Source: Macrostomum lignano
Lineage: Eukaryota
Assembly: GCA_002269645.1 (NCBI GenBank)
Contig: NIVC01000910.1
Coordinates: 136,944-200,943 of the forward strand
Direction: 5' to 3'
DNA: 64,000 bases
Positions 22,372-35,000 of this stretch are shown piece by piece. The notes under the pieces are model-generated. The model made no database searches and was not told the origin of the DNA. It saw nothing but the letters and a program-made list of their open reading frames with translations. Every line of letters begins with the position of its first letter. Position 1 is the first letter of the stretch. A program made the position numbers and the translations under genes.

Positions 22372-24990
22372 CTCATCTGTCTGAGTAGGATCTGGTGTAC
22401 ACCTAATGTGACTCATCTGTCTGAGTAGGATCTGGTGTACACCTAATGTGACTCATCTGTCTGAGTAGGATCTGGTGTACACCTAATGTGACTCATCTGT
22501 CTGAGTAGGTTCTGGTGTACACCTAATGTGACTCATCTGTCTGAGTAGGATCTGGTGTACACCTAATGTGACTCATCTGTCTGAGTAGGTTCTGGTGTGC
22601 ACCTAATGTGACTCATCTGCATAGGTAGGATCTGGTGTACACCTAATGTGACTCATCTGTCTGAGTAGGATCTGGTGTACACCTAATGTGACTCATCTGT
22701 CTGAGTAGGATCTGGTGTACACCTAATGTGACTCATCTGTCTGAGTAGGATCTGGTGTACACCTAATGTGACTCATCTGTCTGAGTAGGTTCTGGTGTAC
22801 ACCTAATGTGACTCATCTGTCTGAGTAGGTTCTGGTGTACACCTAATGTGACTCATCTGTCTGAGTAGGTTCTGGTGTACACCTAATGTGACTCATCTGT
22901 CTGAGTAGGTTCTGGTGTACACCTAATGTGACTCATCTGTCTGAGTAGGTTCTGGTGTACACCTAATGTGACTCATCTGTCTGAGTAGGTTCTGGTGTAC
23001 ACCTAATGTGACTCATCTGTCTGAGTAGGATCTGGTGTGCACCTAATGTGACTCATCTGTCTGAGTAGGTTCTGGTGTACACCTAATGTGACTCATCTGT
23101 CTGAGTAGGTTCTGGTGTACACCTAATGTGACTCATCTGTCTGAGTAGGTTCTGGTGTACACCTAATGTGACTCATCTGTCTGAGTAGGATCTGGTGTGC
23201 ACCTAATGTGACTCATCTGTCTGAGTAGGATCTGGTGTACACCTAATGTGACTCATCTGCCTGTCTAGGTTCTGGTGTACACCTAATGTGACTCATCTGT
23301 CTGAGTAGGATCTGGTGTGCACCTAATGTGACTCATCTGTCTGAGTAGGTTCTGGTGTACACCTAATGTGACTCATCTGCATAGGTAGGATCTGGTGTGC
23401 ACCTAATGTGACTCATCTGTCTGAGTAGGATCTGGTGTGCACCTAATGTGACTCATCTGTCTGAGTAGGATCTGGTGTGCACCTAATGTGACTCATCTGC
23501 CTGAGTAGGATCTGGTGTACACCTAATGTGACTCATCTGTCTGAGTAGGATCTGGTGTACACCTAATGTGACTCATCTGTCTGAGTAGGTTCTGGTGTAC
23601 ACCTAATGTGACTCATCTGCATAGGTAGGATCTGGTGTACACCTAATGTGACTCATCTGTCTGAGTAGGATCTGGTGTACACCTAATGTGACTCATCTGC
23701 ATAGGTAGGATCTGGTGTACACCTAATGTGACTCATCTGTCTGAGTAGGATCTGGTGTGCACCTAATGTGACTCATCTGTCTGAGTAGGATCTGGTGTGC
23801 ACCTAATGTGACTCATCTGCATAGGTAGGTTCTGGTGTACACCTAATGTGACTCATCTGTCTGAGTAGGTTCTGGTGTACACCTAATGTGACTCATCTGT
23901 CTGAGTAGGATCTGGTGTACACCTAATGTGACTCATCTGCCTGTCTAGGTTCTGGTGTACACCTAATGTGACTCATCTGTCTGAGTAGGATCTGGTGTAC
24001 ACCTAATGTGACTCATCTGTCTGAGTAGGATCTGGTGTACACCTAATGTGACTCATCTGTCTGAGTAGGATCTGGTGTACACCTAATGTGACTCATCTGT
24101 CTGAGTAGGATCTGGTGTATACCTAATGTGACTCATCTGTCTGAGTAGGATCTGGTGTGCACCTAATGTGACTCATCTGTCTGAGTAGGATCTGGTGTGC
24201 ACCTAATGTGACTCATCTGCATAGGTAGGTTCTGGTGTACACCTAATGTGACTCATCTGTCTGAGTAGGTTCTGGTGTACACCTAATGTGACTCATCTGT
24301 CTGAGTAGGATCTGGTGTACACCTAATGTGACTCATCTGCCTGTCTAGGTTCTGGTGTACACCTAATGTGACTCATCTGTCTGAGTAGGATCTGGTGTAC
24401 ACCTAATGTGACTCATCTGTCTGAGTAGGATCTGGTGTACACCTAATGTGACTCATCTGTCTGAGTAGGTTCTGGTGTACACCTAATGTGACTCATCTGC
24501 ATAGGTAGGTTCTGGTGTACACCTAATGTGACTCATCTGTCTGAGTAGGTTCTGGTGTACACCTAATGTGACTCATCTGTCTGAGTAGGATCTGGTGTAC
24601 ACCTAATGTGACTCATCTGCCTGTCTAGGTTCTGGTGTACACCTAATGTGACTCATCTGTCTGAGTAGGATCTGGTGTACACCTAATGTGACTCATCTGT
24701 CTGAGTAGGATCTGGTGTACACCTAATGTGACTCATCTGTCTGAGTAGGTTCTGGTGTACACCTAATGTGACTCATCTGTCTGAGTAGGATCTGGTGTAC
24801 ACCTAATGTGACTCATCTGTCTGAGTAGGATCTGGTGTACACCTAATGTGACTCATCTGTCTGAGTAGGTTCTGGTGTACACCTAATGTAACTCATCTGC
24901 CTGTCTAGGTTCTGGTGTACACCTAATGTGACTCATCTGTCTGAGTAGGATCTGGTGTACACCTAATGTGACTCATCTGCATAGGTAGGT
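22372..24990. repeat. 40-bp satellite (ACTCATCTGTCTGAGTAGGATCTGGTGTACACCTAATGTG)n, about 65 copies
   Basis: Directly visible. Each unit junction spells TGACTCA. Confidence 0.97.
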
Positions 24991-25299
24991 TCTAAAGTAT
25001 AACTGTGATAGAAAAAAAATTGTGGCGATGCATTGAGTGTCAAAATTGAAATCTGTTGTGCCGTTTCACTTCTAGCCCAGCATAGTGCTGTGAGAAATTA
25101 TTCTACGGACGGCAGCTCAGGTATCGGCCGCTCACCTAATCTCATTAGATTTGCTGTATCAACTGTATGCTCGTATAAGCTTTGTGAACTGGCAGTGTTA
25201 GTACTTGCGCACTTGTGACTAGCTGCGGAGGATGGCAGAAGAGAGCGCCCTATTCTTTTAACAAGTTCACAAGTGATTTCAAATTCCAAGCCTTCGCAC

Positions 25300-25790
25300 G
25301 GTCCCATCTCAACACCAGTCCCATCTCAAAACCAGTCCCATCTCAACACCAGTCCCATCTCAACACCAGTCCCATCTCAACACCAGTCCCATCTCAAAAC
25401 CAGTCCCATCTCAACACCAGTCCCATCTCAACACCAGTCCCATCTCAACACCAGTCCCATCTCAAAACCAGTCCCATCTCAGCACCAGTCCCATCTCAAA
25501 ACCAGTCCCATCTCAACACCAGTCCCATCTCAACACCAGTCCCATCTGAACACCAGTCCAATCTCAACACCAGTCCCATCTCAACACCAGTCCCATCTCA
25601 ACACCAGTCCCATCTCAACACCAGTCCCATCTCAACACCAGTCCCATCTCAGCACCAGTCCCATCTCAACACCAGTCCCATCTCAACACCAGTCCCATCT
25701 CAAAACCAGTCCCATCTCAGCACCAGTCCCATCTCAAAACCAGTCCCATCTCAACACCAGTCCCATCTCAACACCAGTCCCAGTCCTATC
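25300..25790. repeat. 17-bp minisatellite (CACCAGTCCCATCTCAA)n
   Basis: Directly visible. Confidence 0.95.
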
Positions 25791-26279
25791 TCATCCCTAG
25801 CTTCAGTCACATCTCAATCTCTAGAGGCGCAGGCCTGCTCGATTTGCAGTTACGCTCGTAAAAGAATTCTAAAGGTACTATATTGTCAATTTAGTCGCAT
25901 GACTGCGAAATTAAATATGACTGTCTGAGAGCAGAAAACCTGTTTCGAATTGCAGCCATAAAGTGAGAACTGGGACAAGTTTAAAAAATTATTTTCCCGC
26001 TTTGAAAACGAAAGGTTTTTGTTCGAAATATTTCTCCAGACAGCAATGTGAGCTTTGCTCGATATGCGTTTATTTGCATTTACAAGCAATGCAGGAAAAA
26101 AAGAAACGACATTAATAATTAAAAAATATTTTTGGATTGTCTGACTTTTACAGCCTATTTTCAAAAACAAATATTTTTCCCGAAATGTGCTTATCATGCT
26201 GCTTTGGTCAGTAGATTATCATGAATCAGTACACGTACGTGTGATAAAATTCCAAAATAATAATTGTTCCTAAGCACTT

Positions 26280-27570
<1,291 letters not shown>

Positions 27571-27678
27571 CTAATCGCTTAGACTGAAATGCTTAAATCT
27601 ATATGATAGTTCATTGATTTTTATCAGCCTATATTCATTCAAGGTTTATAATCTCTGTTATCAGACCCAGGAACTATA

Positions 27679-27693
27679 GTTGTCTATGGTAAC
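27679..27693 (+). promoter_or_regulatory. X-box-like motif GTTGTCTATGGTAAC about 110 bp upstream of the microprotein ATG
   Basis: Fits GTNRCC-N(0-3)-RGYAAC with one mismatch. GTCTATGGT also occurs in repeats in this window, so a repeat origin is possible. Confidence 0.3.
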
Positions 27694-27804
27694 AGTCAAT
27701 CAGAGCATACTTAACTATTGTTCTCGGCTCCAAGATAAAACAGTTTGTTTAAGCAACTATCCTTAATCCGATCATTTGCAGTAGCCGCACTTCTAAAAAG
27801 ATCA

Positions 27805-30500
27805 ATGGGTCCTGATAAATATGACCAGTCGCCAGATATTCACCAGTTCTTTATCGATAAGCAAGTGATGCTTGATAGCATCAGCAACTTCTGGTTAAAT
27901 TTTCCATTTTACATTCTTGTTCTACTGACTGCCTACTTTGTACTGAGGTGAGTAGTTTCATGATAAATCGTATCAGTTCTACTGGCTTTTTATGAGAATC
28001 TAAATGCATGAAGATGCAACATGAATTGTGGGACTTAGTCATGCACTCCTAGAGGGTCTTCGCGGGTTTATGGGCCACTGGTGTTTACTGGCTTAGTTTA
28101 TGCATGGGATGTTGGTGTATTCTGAGTTAGTTTATGAAGTGTTAGTGCATTGTGGGTTAGTTTATAGGGTGTTGGTGTACTCTGGCTTAGTTTGTGGGGT
28201 GTTGGTGTATTCTGGGTTGGTTTATGGGGTGTTGGTGTACTCTGGTTAGTTTATGGGGTGTTGGTGTATTCTGGGTTAGTTTATGGGGTGTTGGTGTACT
28301 CTGGGTTAGTTTATGGGGTGTTAGTGTATTCTGGGTTAGTTTATGGGGTGTTGGTGTATTCTGGGTTAGTTTATGGGGTGTTGGTGTATTCTGGGTTAGT
28401 TTATGGGGTGTTGGTGTATTCTGGGTTAGTTTATGGGGTGTTGGTGTATTCTGGGTTAGTTTATGGGGTGTTGGTGTATTCTGGGTTAGTTTATGGGGTG
28501 TTGGTGTACGACTTCCGCGCCCTACGTGACCTGGTTACAAGTGGCCGCTTCTGTCTGGCATTTGCCGAGGCGCTAGAAGAACGGCCAGATACAACAACCC
28601 CAGCCGAGTATCCGGACATCAGTGCCGCCATCCAAGCCGCCGTTACAAAAACTCTACCGCTGGTGAAGCCAGCAGAAAGGAGTCGGCCAGTGTGGCAGAA
28701 CGACGAAGTGCTGCGGCAGGCCCGGCTAACAGTGGAGAGACTGCGGAGGAGCGGACAGCCTGCGGAGAAGGAAGAGGAGACTCTAGTTGAGACATTTAAA
28801 GCCCGGCAACGCGCCGCGGTAGAGACCGCTATTCAAGAGATCACGGACGCCGGTCCCGACAAGAAACCGCGTGCCGTCTGGTCGGTCGTCAATCAGCTGA
28901 CAGGCCGCAAGAGACGCAACGCTCTGAACCTGGCGGGTGACACGCCCGAAGAGAGGCGAAACGAGCTGCGGACCTTCTTCGCTGGTATCGTCAACGCGCC
29001 TCCTCCGCCGCAAAGGGACGACATGTCATGGCCCACGGAGGTTGAGCTGCCAGAGGAGAGCTCCTTTAACATCAGCCCCATCACCATCGACGAAGTGCTC
29101 CAACTTGCAAAGAAGACGCCAGGCAACAAGGCTACTGGACCAGACGACGTGCCTGTCGAGGTGCTGCGCCTCCTGCAAGTCGCGCTGGAAGTCCCACGAG
29201 TGATGAACTGCGTGCTAGCTGGGGGCCCCGCCCCTGCTGAGTGGCGGACTGCGCATATCGTCGGGATCCCAAAGAAACCAGGTTCCGTCAAGGTCGAAGA
29301 ACATCGCGGGATTTCGCTAATGTCTGGCGAGCACAGCTAAGCTATTTAACAGAGTTCTGCTGTCGCGGCTGCAGCCAGTGCTGGACCCGTTCCTCCGGCG
29401 CGAGCAAAATGGATTCCTGCCAGGCAGAGGCACTGTGACCAAAATTCTCGCTCTGTGTCGAATTCTAGAAGAGGCCCGCATCCACCAGTCGACCATCATC
29501 TGCATCTTCGTAGACTTCCTGAAGGCCTTTCACTCGGTGTCGAGGCGGGTCATCGCGAACATCCTGCGCGCGTATCACGTACCCGAGCAGCTGGTGACGG
29601 CTGTGTTAGCTCTGTAACAGGAAACTAGGGCGGCAGTTGTGACACCGGATGGCCTTTCCGACTTCTTCGACACGTCTTCCGGCGTTCTCCAAGGGGACAC
29701 CTTGGCTCCTTTTCTCTATTCGTCCTGGTCCTGGACTGGGTACTGCGCACTGGCCTCCCTGACGACTCCAAAGGATTCTTGCTCTGTCGCAGAACACGCA
29801 GGCGGCACCCCGAGAAGTGACCCTCCGTCCTAGCGTACGCGAACGATCTAGCGCTGCTGTCTAGCACAGCTGAAGGAGCTCAACGCTGCTAGACCAGCTG
29901 ACGGCGGCGGCCGCTGCGATCGGACTGTCTGTGAATACCAAAAAGACGATGGTGCTGACCGTGCCGACGGACCTCCCAGCTGAGATCTACTGCCGCTGCA
30001 CGAACGGGCAGGTGGCGTTGCTGCCCCGCTGCAAAGAGTTCGTCTACCTCGGTGGTCTGGTGCCAAGCATCACGGAGGACATGGCACGGCGCAGGGCGCT
30101 TGCCTGGGGCGCATTCCGCACCGTGTGGACTGTCCTGCAGAGTCCCGCGCTGCCGGATCGGCTGAGAGGGCGGCTGTTCCAGGCCGTCATTGAAACCGTC
30201 CTCTTTTACGACGGGCTGCTGCTATCCCTTCAAGGGCTGCGGCGGCTTGGTCAGGCGAGAAGTCTACGTTTCGTCGACCTGCTTTTAAGAGACGCTAAAA
30301 TCTCCGACCGCTAGCGGACTCGCTATTCTGCGCAAATCTGCGGTTGCGCGCGCATTTTGACAGCAACCCAACTTAATTGGCTTGCCCAGGGTGTCTGTAG
30401 TTTGTTTTTGTTTGTTGTTGTTGTGTACGACTAAACTGAAACATTTTCCAATTTCAGACATCTTGCCGAAGAGACAGCAGAAGTCCGAAGTGAGACCTGA
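27805..30500 (+). CDS. Putative 61-aa single-pass membrane microprotein, two coding exons
   Basis: Exon 27805-27947 encodes MGPDKYDQSPDIHQFFIDKQVMLDSISNFWLNFPFYILVLLTAYFVL plus AG|GTGAGT (phase 2). Exon 30458-30500 follows TTTTCCAATTTCAG and gives R-HLAEETAEVRSET*. One hydrophobic helix. An upstream coding exon cannot be excluded. Confidence 0.5.
28060..28510. repeat. 30-bp minisatellite (TGGGGTGTTGGTGTATTCTGGGTTAGTTTA)n
   Basis: Directly visible and intronic, immediately 5' of the LINE. Confidence 0.95.
28514..30422 (+). mobile_element. 5'-truncated, disabled non-LTR retrotransposon (RTE-like reverse transcriptase remnant)
   Basis: RT motifs are spread over several frames: KATGPDDVP, EWRTAHIVGIPKK, HRGISLMS, EQNGFLPGR, FVDFLKAFHSVSR, GVLQGDTLAPFL, YANDL (a degenerate YADD) and GLSVNTKKT. 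A C-terminal GLRRLGQARSLRFVDLLLRD motif follows. There are frameshifts, an in-frame stop near 29616, a (TTG)n-like tail and a flanking 10-bp direct repeat GTGTACGACT (28504-28513 and 30423-30432). Clade assignment is from motif recall. Confidence 0.9.
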
Positions 30501-31574
30501 GTGAACCATTGTTTTCGAGATCATTCGACTCCATTTGCTTATCGATTGGTTTGACGCAACTTTGAATATCACTGATGTTATGCTACTGTAATACAGTTTG
30601 TAATTGTCTAAAACAAGCTAATAATCTAAAGTAATCGGTGTTTTCAATAACAAAAAATGGTTGCCCAAGTTAATTAGGGAATCAGCAAAAGTAGTTTTTT
30701 TAATAGTAAAAGGGAAATCTGTTAGATAGTCTGAGAATCCTCAATTAGTACCTGAGAGATAATCTGTCAATACAATATGCCAGCTATAGTGTATCCAGAC
30801 ACCCGTCCGCGCGTCCCCACCTGCTTAATTAGATTTCTGCTTTAGGGCTTTGATTGAGCCGCATGCAATTATATCAGCCGAGCAGCCAGCCAGGTGACAA
30901 GATTGGCCAATCATTGGGCGTCGGATAAAGGCGACCGTAGACGGAGGAGAAAATTGCTGAGTTACCCACCAATTATAGTTGCCACACAAAGGTAGGGACA
31001 GCTGAGCATCAATGTTTTGGCCCTAGAAATCTTGGGATCTGCGTTTTCTACTCGCACTTTATTAGGTGGGAGTTATGGGTTAGTAAAGGGCAATCGCTTC
31101 AGCCAAATAGTTACACAGAATCTTCATTGACATCAGGCTGTTATACTCGGGCGCCTATAAATCAGTCATTGAAACCCTCGCATGCCTTGTGTATTTTTTA
31201 GGACTTGAATGAATGAAGCGGCCAGTATTATTGCTACTGTGCTAACTGCATGATAGTTTAAGCACATGCATTCCGAATAAGGTGGTGCACAGCTAAAGAT
31301 AACGCTTGAAAAGTACGATCTATACGTGACTCAATGTGACTCAACAAAAACATGGGATTGACAAGTAGAACAAATAAATCGGCGATAAAGCACACACAAC
31401 GCAAAATTACTCAAGGTAGCGAAGGTAGAGAGAATGCATACGAGTACTATAAGATATTATCTACTGTAAGGGATGATTTACGCTACAACACGGATGTTTG
31501 TTCTTCACGCCATTGAAAATTTTTTTACGAGCTTATAGTGCGTGAAAAACTTTGCATTCCGTAAAAAGTGAAAA

Positions 31575-31965
31575 AAGTTTCGCATTCCTTCTCCCCAAAG
31601 TTGACCGTGGTGGAGCCAAACACCCACCTCACTCTGCATTCCTTCTCCCCAAAGTTGACCGTGGTGAAGCCAAACACCCACCTCACTCTGCATTCCTTCT
31701 CCCCAAAGTTGACCGTGGTGAAGCCAAACACCCACCTCACTCCGCATTCCTTCTCCCCAAAGTTGACCGTGGTGAAGCCAAACACCCACCTCACTCTGCA
31801 TTCCTTCTCCCCAAAGTTGACCGTGGTGGAGCCAAACACCCACCTCACTCTGCATTCCTTCTCCCCAAAGTTGACCGTGGTGGAGCCAAACACCCACCTC
31901 ACTCTGCATTCCTTCTCCCCAAAGTTGACCGTGGTGGAGCCAAACACCCACCTCACTCCGCATTC
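31575..31965. repeat. 54-bp minisatellite, about 7 copies
   Basis: Unit GCATTCCTTCTCCCCAAAGTTGACCGTGGTGGAGCCAAACACCCACCTCACTCT. Confidence 0.95.
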
Positions 31966-32092
31966 CGTCCCCGGACTTGCGAAATGCCGATATCAAAACA
32001 ATCGAAGTAAAACATACATAGCCTTAAACAAACAGAGAACAAGCTAAGCAAAAAGCATTGTGACAATTATTAGTAAAACCCAAAACGTCAGT

Positions 32093-35000
32093 TCACACGC
32101 CCCTAGGCTTGAACAAGCCCTGCATCTGACTGTACGGAGCTGGCAAGCTGTAAGTCGACTGAACGAACGAAAAATGACCCACATTGGACTCTACTGGGTG
32201 CTGCTGCCGACTTGACGACTGCGAAGATGGTTGCGGCGATGTCTCCGGCGGCACCTGCGACTGCTGAGCGATTCCCGGCATGAGAAACGACGGCCCTGTG
32301 CTGCTTGTTGGCGACTGCCTGTACCAGGGCATGCTGTACATGTAGGCTGCAGCAGCTGCCGCCGCTGCGGCGGCTTCACCCTGCTGCGGCTTGCTGAGCT
32401 TCAGCAGCTCGGGAGGCGTCCTCGGCCGTCCGGGCGGACTGCTGTCCGACTGTCCGCCCGCGCCGGCATCGTCCGTCACACCGGCGCCGCCCTGGTCGCG
32501 TTTGAACTTCGTGCGTCGGTTTTGGAACCAGACTTTCACCTGTTGCAGCAGTGAAATAGGTCGTGAGACATTTGCAACGAACTATGACGTCAGCGGTGCA
32601 AGCGGGAAATTTATTAAAATAATTGAAATTGACTACTTTTCCGTTTAATTAGTTTCGCACCTGGGTTTCAGACAGGCCCAGGGCTTTAGCCAGGTCGTTT
32701 CTCTCCCTGCCCACCATGTAGTGATTGTGCCTGAACGCCTCCTCCAGTCGGACCAGCTGATCGCTGGAAAATGTCGTCCGAGCTCGTTTTGGCCTGTCGA
32801 GATCCAGCGCTTTGGGGAAGATCATTTCCTTCAGTACGCCGTTCGAGTCTGGAAGGGAAATGGGGATGCGATCGCTAAGTTTGAAGGGTCTTGGGACTCG
32901 TAGAACTTGTGTGTCCTATGTAAGAGTTCATATCTTGACATAAAGAGTCTGGAGTTTTGTATTAAAGACATTTTTTAGTCTTGGACTGAAGTAGCTGTGC
33001 AGTATTAGATCAAAGAATTTGTATCTAACATAGAAGGCATGTTTCTTGGATCAAAGATATGTGACTTGGATCAAAGACGTGTCTTGGATCAGAGGCTTGT
33101 CTTGGATCAAAGGCTTGTGTCTTGGATCATAGGCTTGTGTCTTGGATCAAAGGCTTGTGTCTTGGATCAAAGGCATGTGTCTTGGATCAGAGGCATGTGT
33201 CTTGGATCAAAGGCTTGTGTCTTGGATCAGAGGCATGTGTCTTGGATCAAAGGCTTGTGTCTTGGATCAAAGGCATGTGTCTTGGATCAGAGGCTTGTGT
33301 CTTGGATCAAAGGCTTGTCTTGGATCAGAGGCATGTGTCTTGGATCAGAGGCATGTGTCTTGGATCAGAGGCATGTGTCTTGGATCAGAGGCATGTGTCT
33401 TGGATCAAAGGCTTGTGTCTTGGATCAGAGGCTTGTGTCTTGGATCAAAGGCATGTGTCTTGGTTCAAAGGCTTGTGTCTTGGATCAAAGGCTTGTGTCT
33501 TGGATCAAAGGCTTGTGTCTTGGATCAAAGGCTTGTGTCTTGGATCAAAGGCTTGTGTCTTGGATCAAAGGCTTGTGTCTTGGATCAAAGGCTTGTGTCT
33601 TGGATCAAAGGCTTGTGTCTTGGATCAAAGGCTTGTGTCTTGGATCAAAGGCTTGTGTCTTGGATCAAAGGCTTGTGTCTTGGATCAGAGGCATGTGTCT
33701 TGGATCAAAGGCTTGTGTCTTGGATCAAAGGCATGTGTCTTGGATCAGAGGCTTGTGTCTTGGATCAAAGGCTTGTCTTGGATCAGAGGCATGTGTCTTG
33801 GATCAGAGGCATGTGTCTTGGATCAGAGGCATGTGTCTTGGATCAGAGGCTTGTGTCTTGGATCATAGGCTTGTGTCTTGGATCGAAGGCATGTGTCTTG
33901 GATCAGAGGCATGTGTCTTGGATCAAAGGCTTGTGTCTTGGATCAGAGGCATGTGTCTTGGATCAAAGGCTTGTGTCTTGGATCAAAGGCATGTGTCTTG
34001 GATCAGAGGCTTGTGTCTTGGATCAAAGGCTTGTCTTGGATCAGAGGCATGTGTCTTGGATCAGAGGCATGTGTCTTGGATCAGAGGCATGTGTCTTGGA
34101 TCAGAGGCATGTGTCTTGGATCAAAGGCTTGTGTCTTGGATCAGAGGCTTGTGTCTTGGATCGAAGGCATGTGTCTTGGATCAAAGGCTTGTGTCTTGGA
34201 TCAAAAGCTTGTGTCTTGGATCAAAGGCTTGTGTCTTGGATCAAAGGCATGTGTCTTGGATCAAAGGCATGTGTCTTGGATCAAAGGCTTGTGTCTTGGA
34301 TCAAAGGCTTGTGTCTTGGATCAAAGGCTTGTGTCTTGGATCAAAGGCTTGTGTCTTGGATCAAAGGCATGTGTCTTGGATCAGAGGCTTGTGTCTTGGA
34401 TCAAAGGCTTGTCTTGGATCAGAGGCATGTGTCTTGGATCAGAGGCATGTGTCTTGGATCAGAGGCATGTGTCTTGGATCAGAGGCATGTGTCTTGGATC
34501 AAAGGCTTGTGTCTTGGATCAGAGGCTTGTGTCTTGGATCAAAGGCATGTGTCTTGGATCAAAGGCTTGTGTCTTGGATCATAGGCTTGTGTCTTGGATC
34601 AAAGGCTTGTGTCTTGGATCAAAGGCTTGTGTCTTGGATCGAAGGCATGTGTCTTGGATCAAAGGCTTGTGTCTTGGATCAAAGGCTTGTGTCTTGGATC
34701 AAAGGCTTGTGTCTTGGATCAAAGGCATGTGTCTTGGATCAAAGGCTTGTGTCTTGGATCAAAGGCTTGTGTCTTGGATCAAAGGCTTGTGTCTTGGATC
34801 AAAGGCTTGTGTCTTGGATCAAAGGCATGTGTCTTGGATCAGAGGCTTGTGTCTTGGATCAAAGGCTTGTCTTGGATCAGAGGCATGTGTCTTGGATCAG
34901 AGGCATGTGTCTTGGATCAAAGGCTTGTGTCTTGGATCAGAGGCTTGTGTCTTGGATCAAAGGCATGTGTCTTGGATCAAAGGCTTGTGTCTTGGATCAT

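Noticed and set aside
22372-24990. Regular repeat arrays resembling CRISPR
   Set aside because: The units are contiguous with no unique spacers, there are no cas genes, and the context is eukaryotic.
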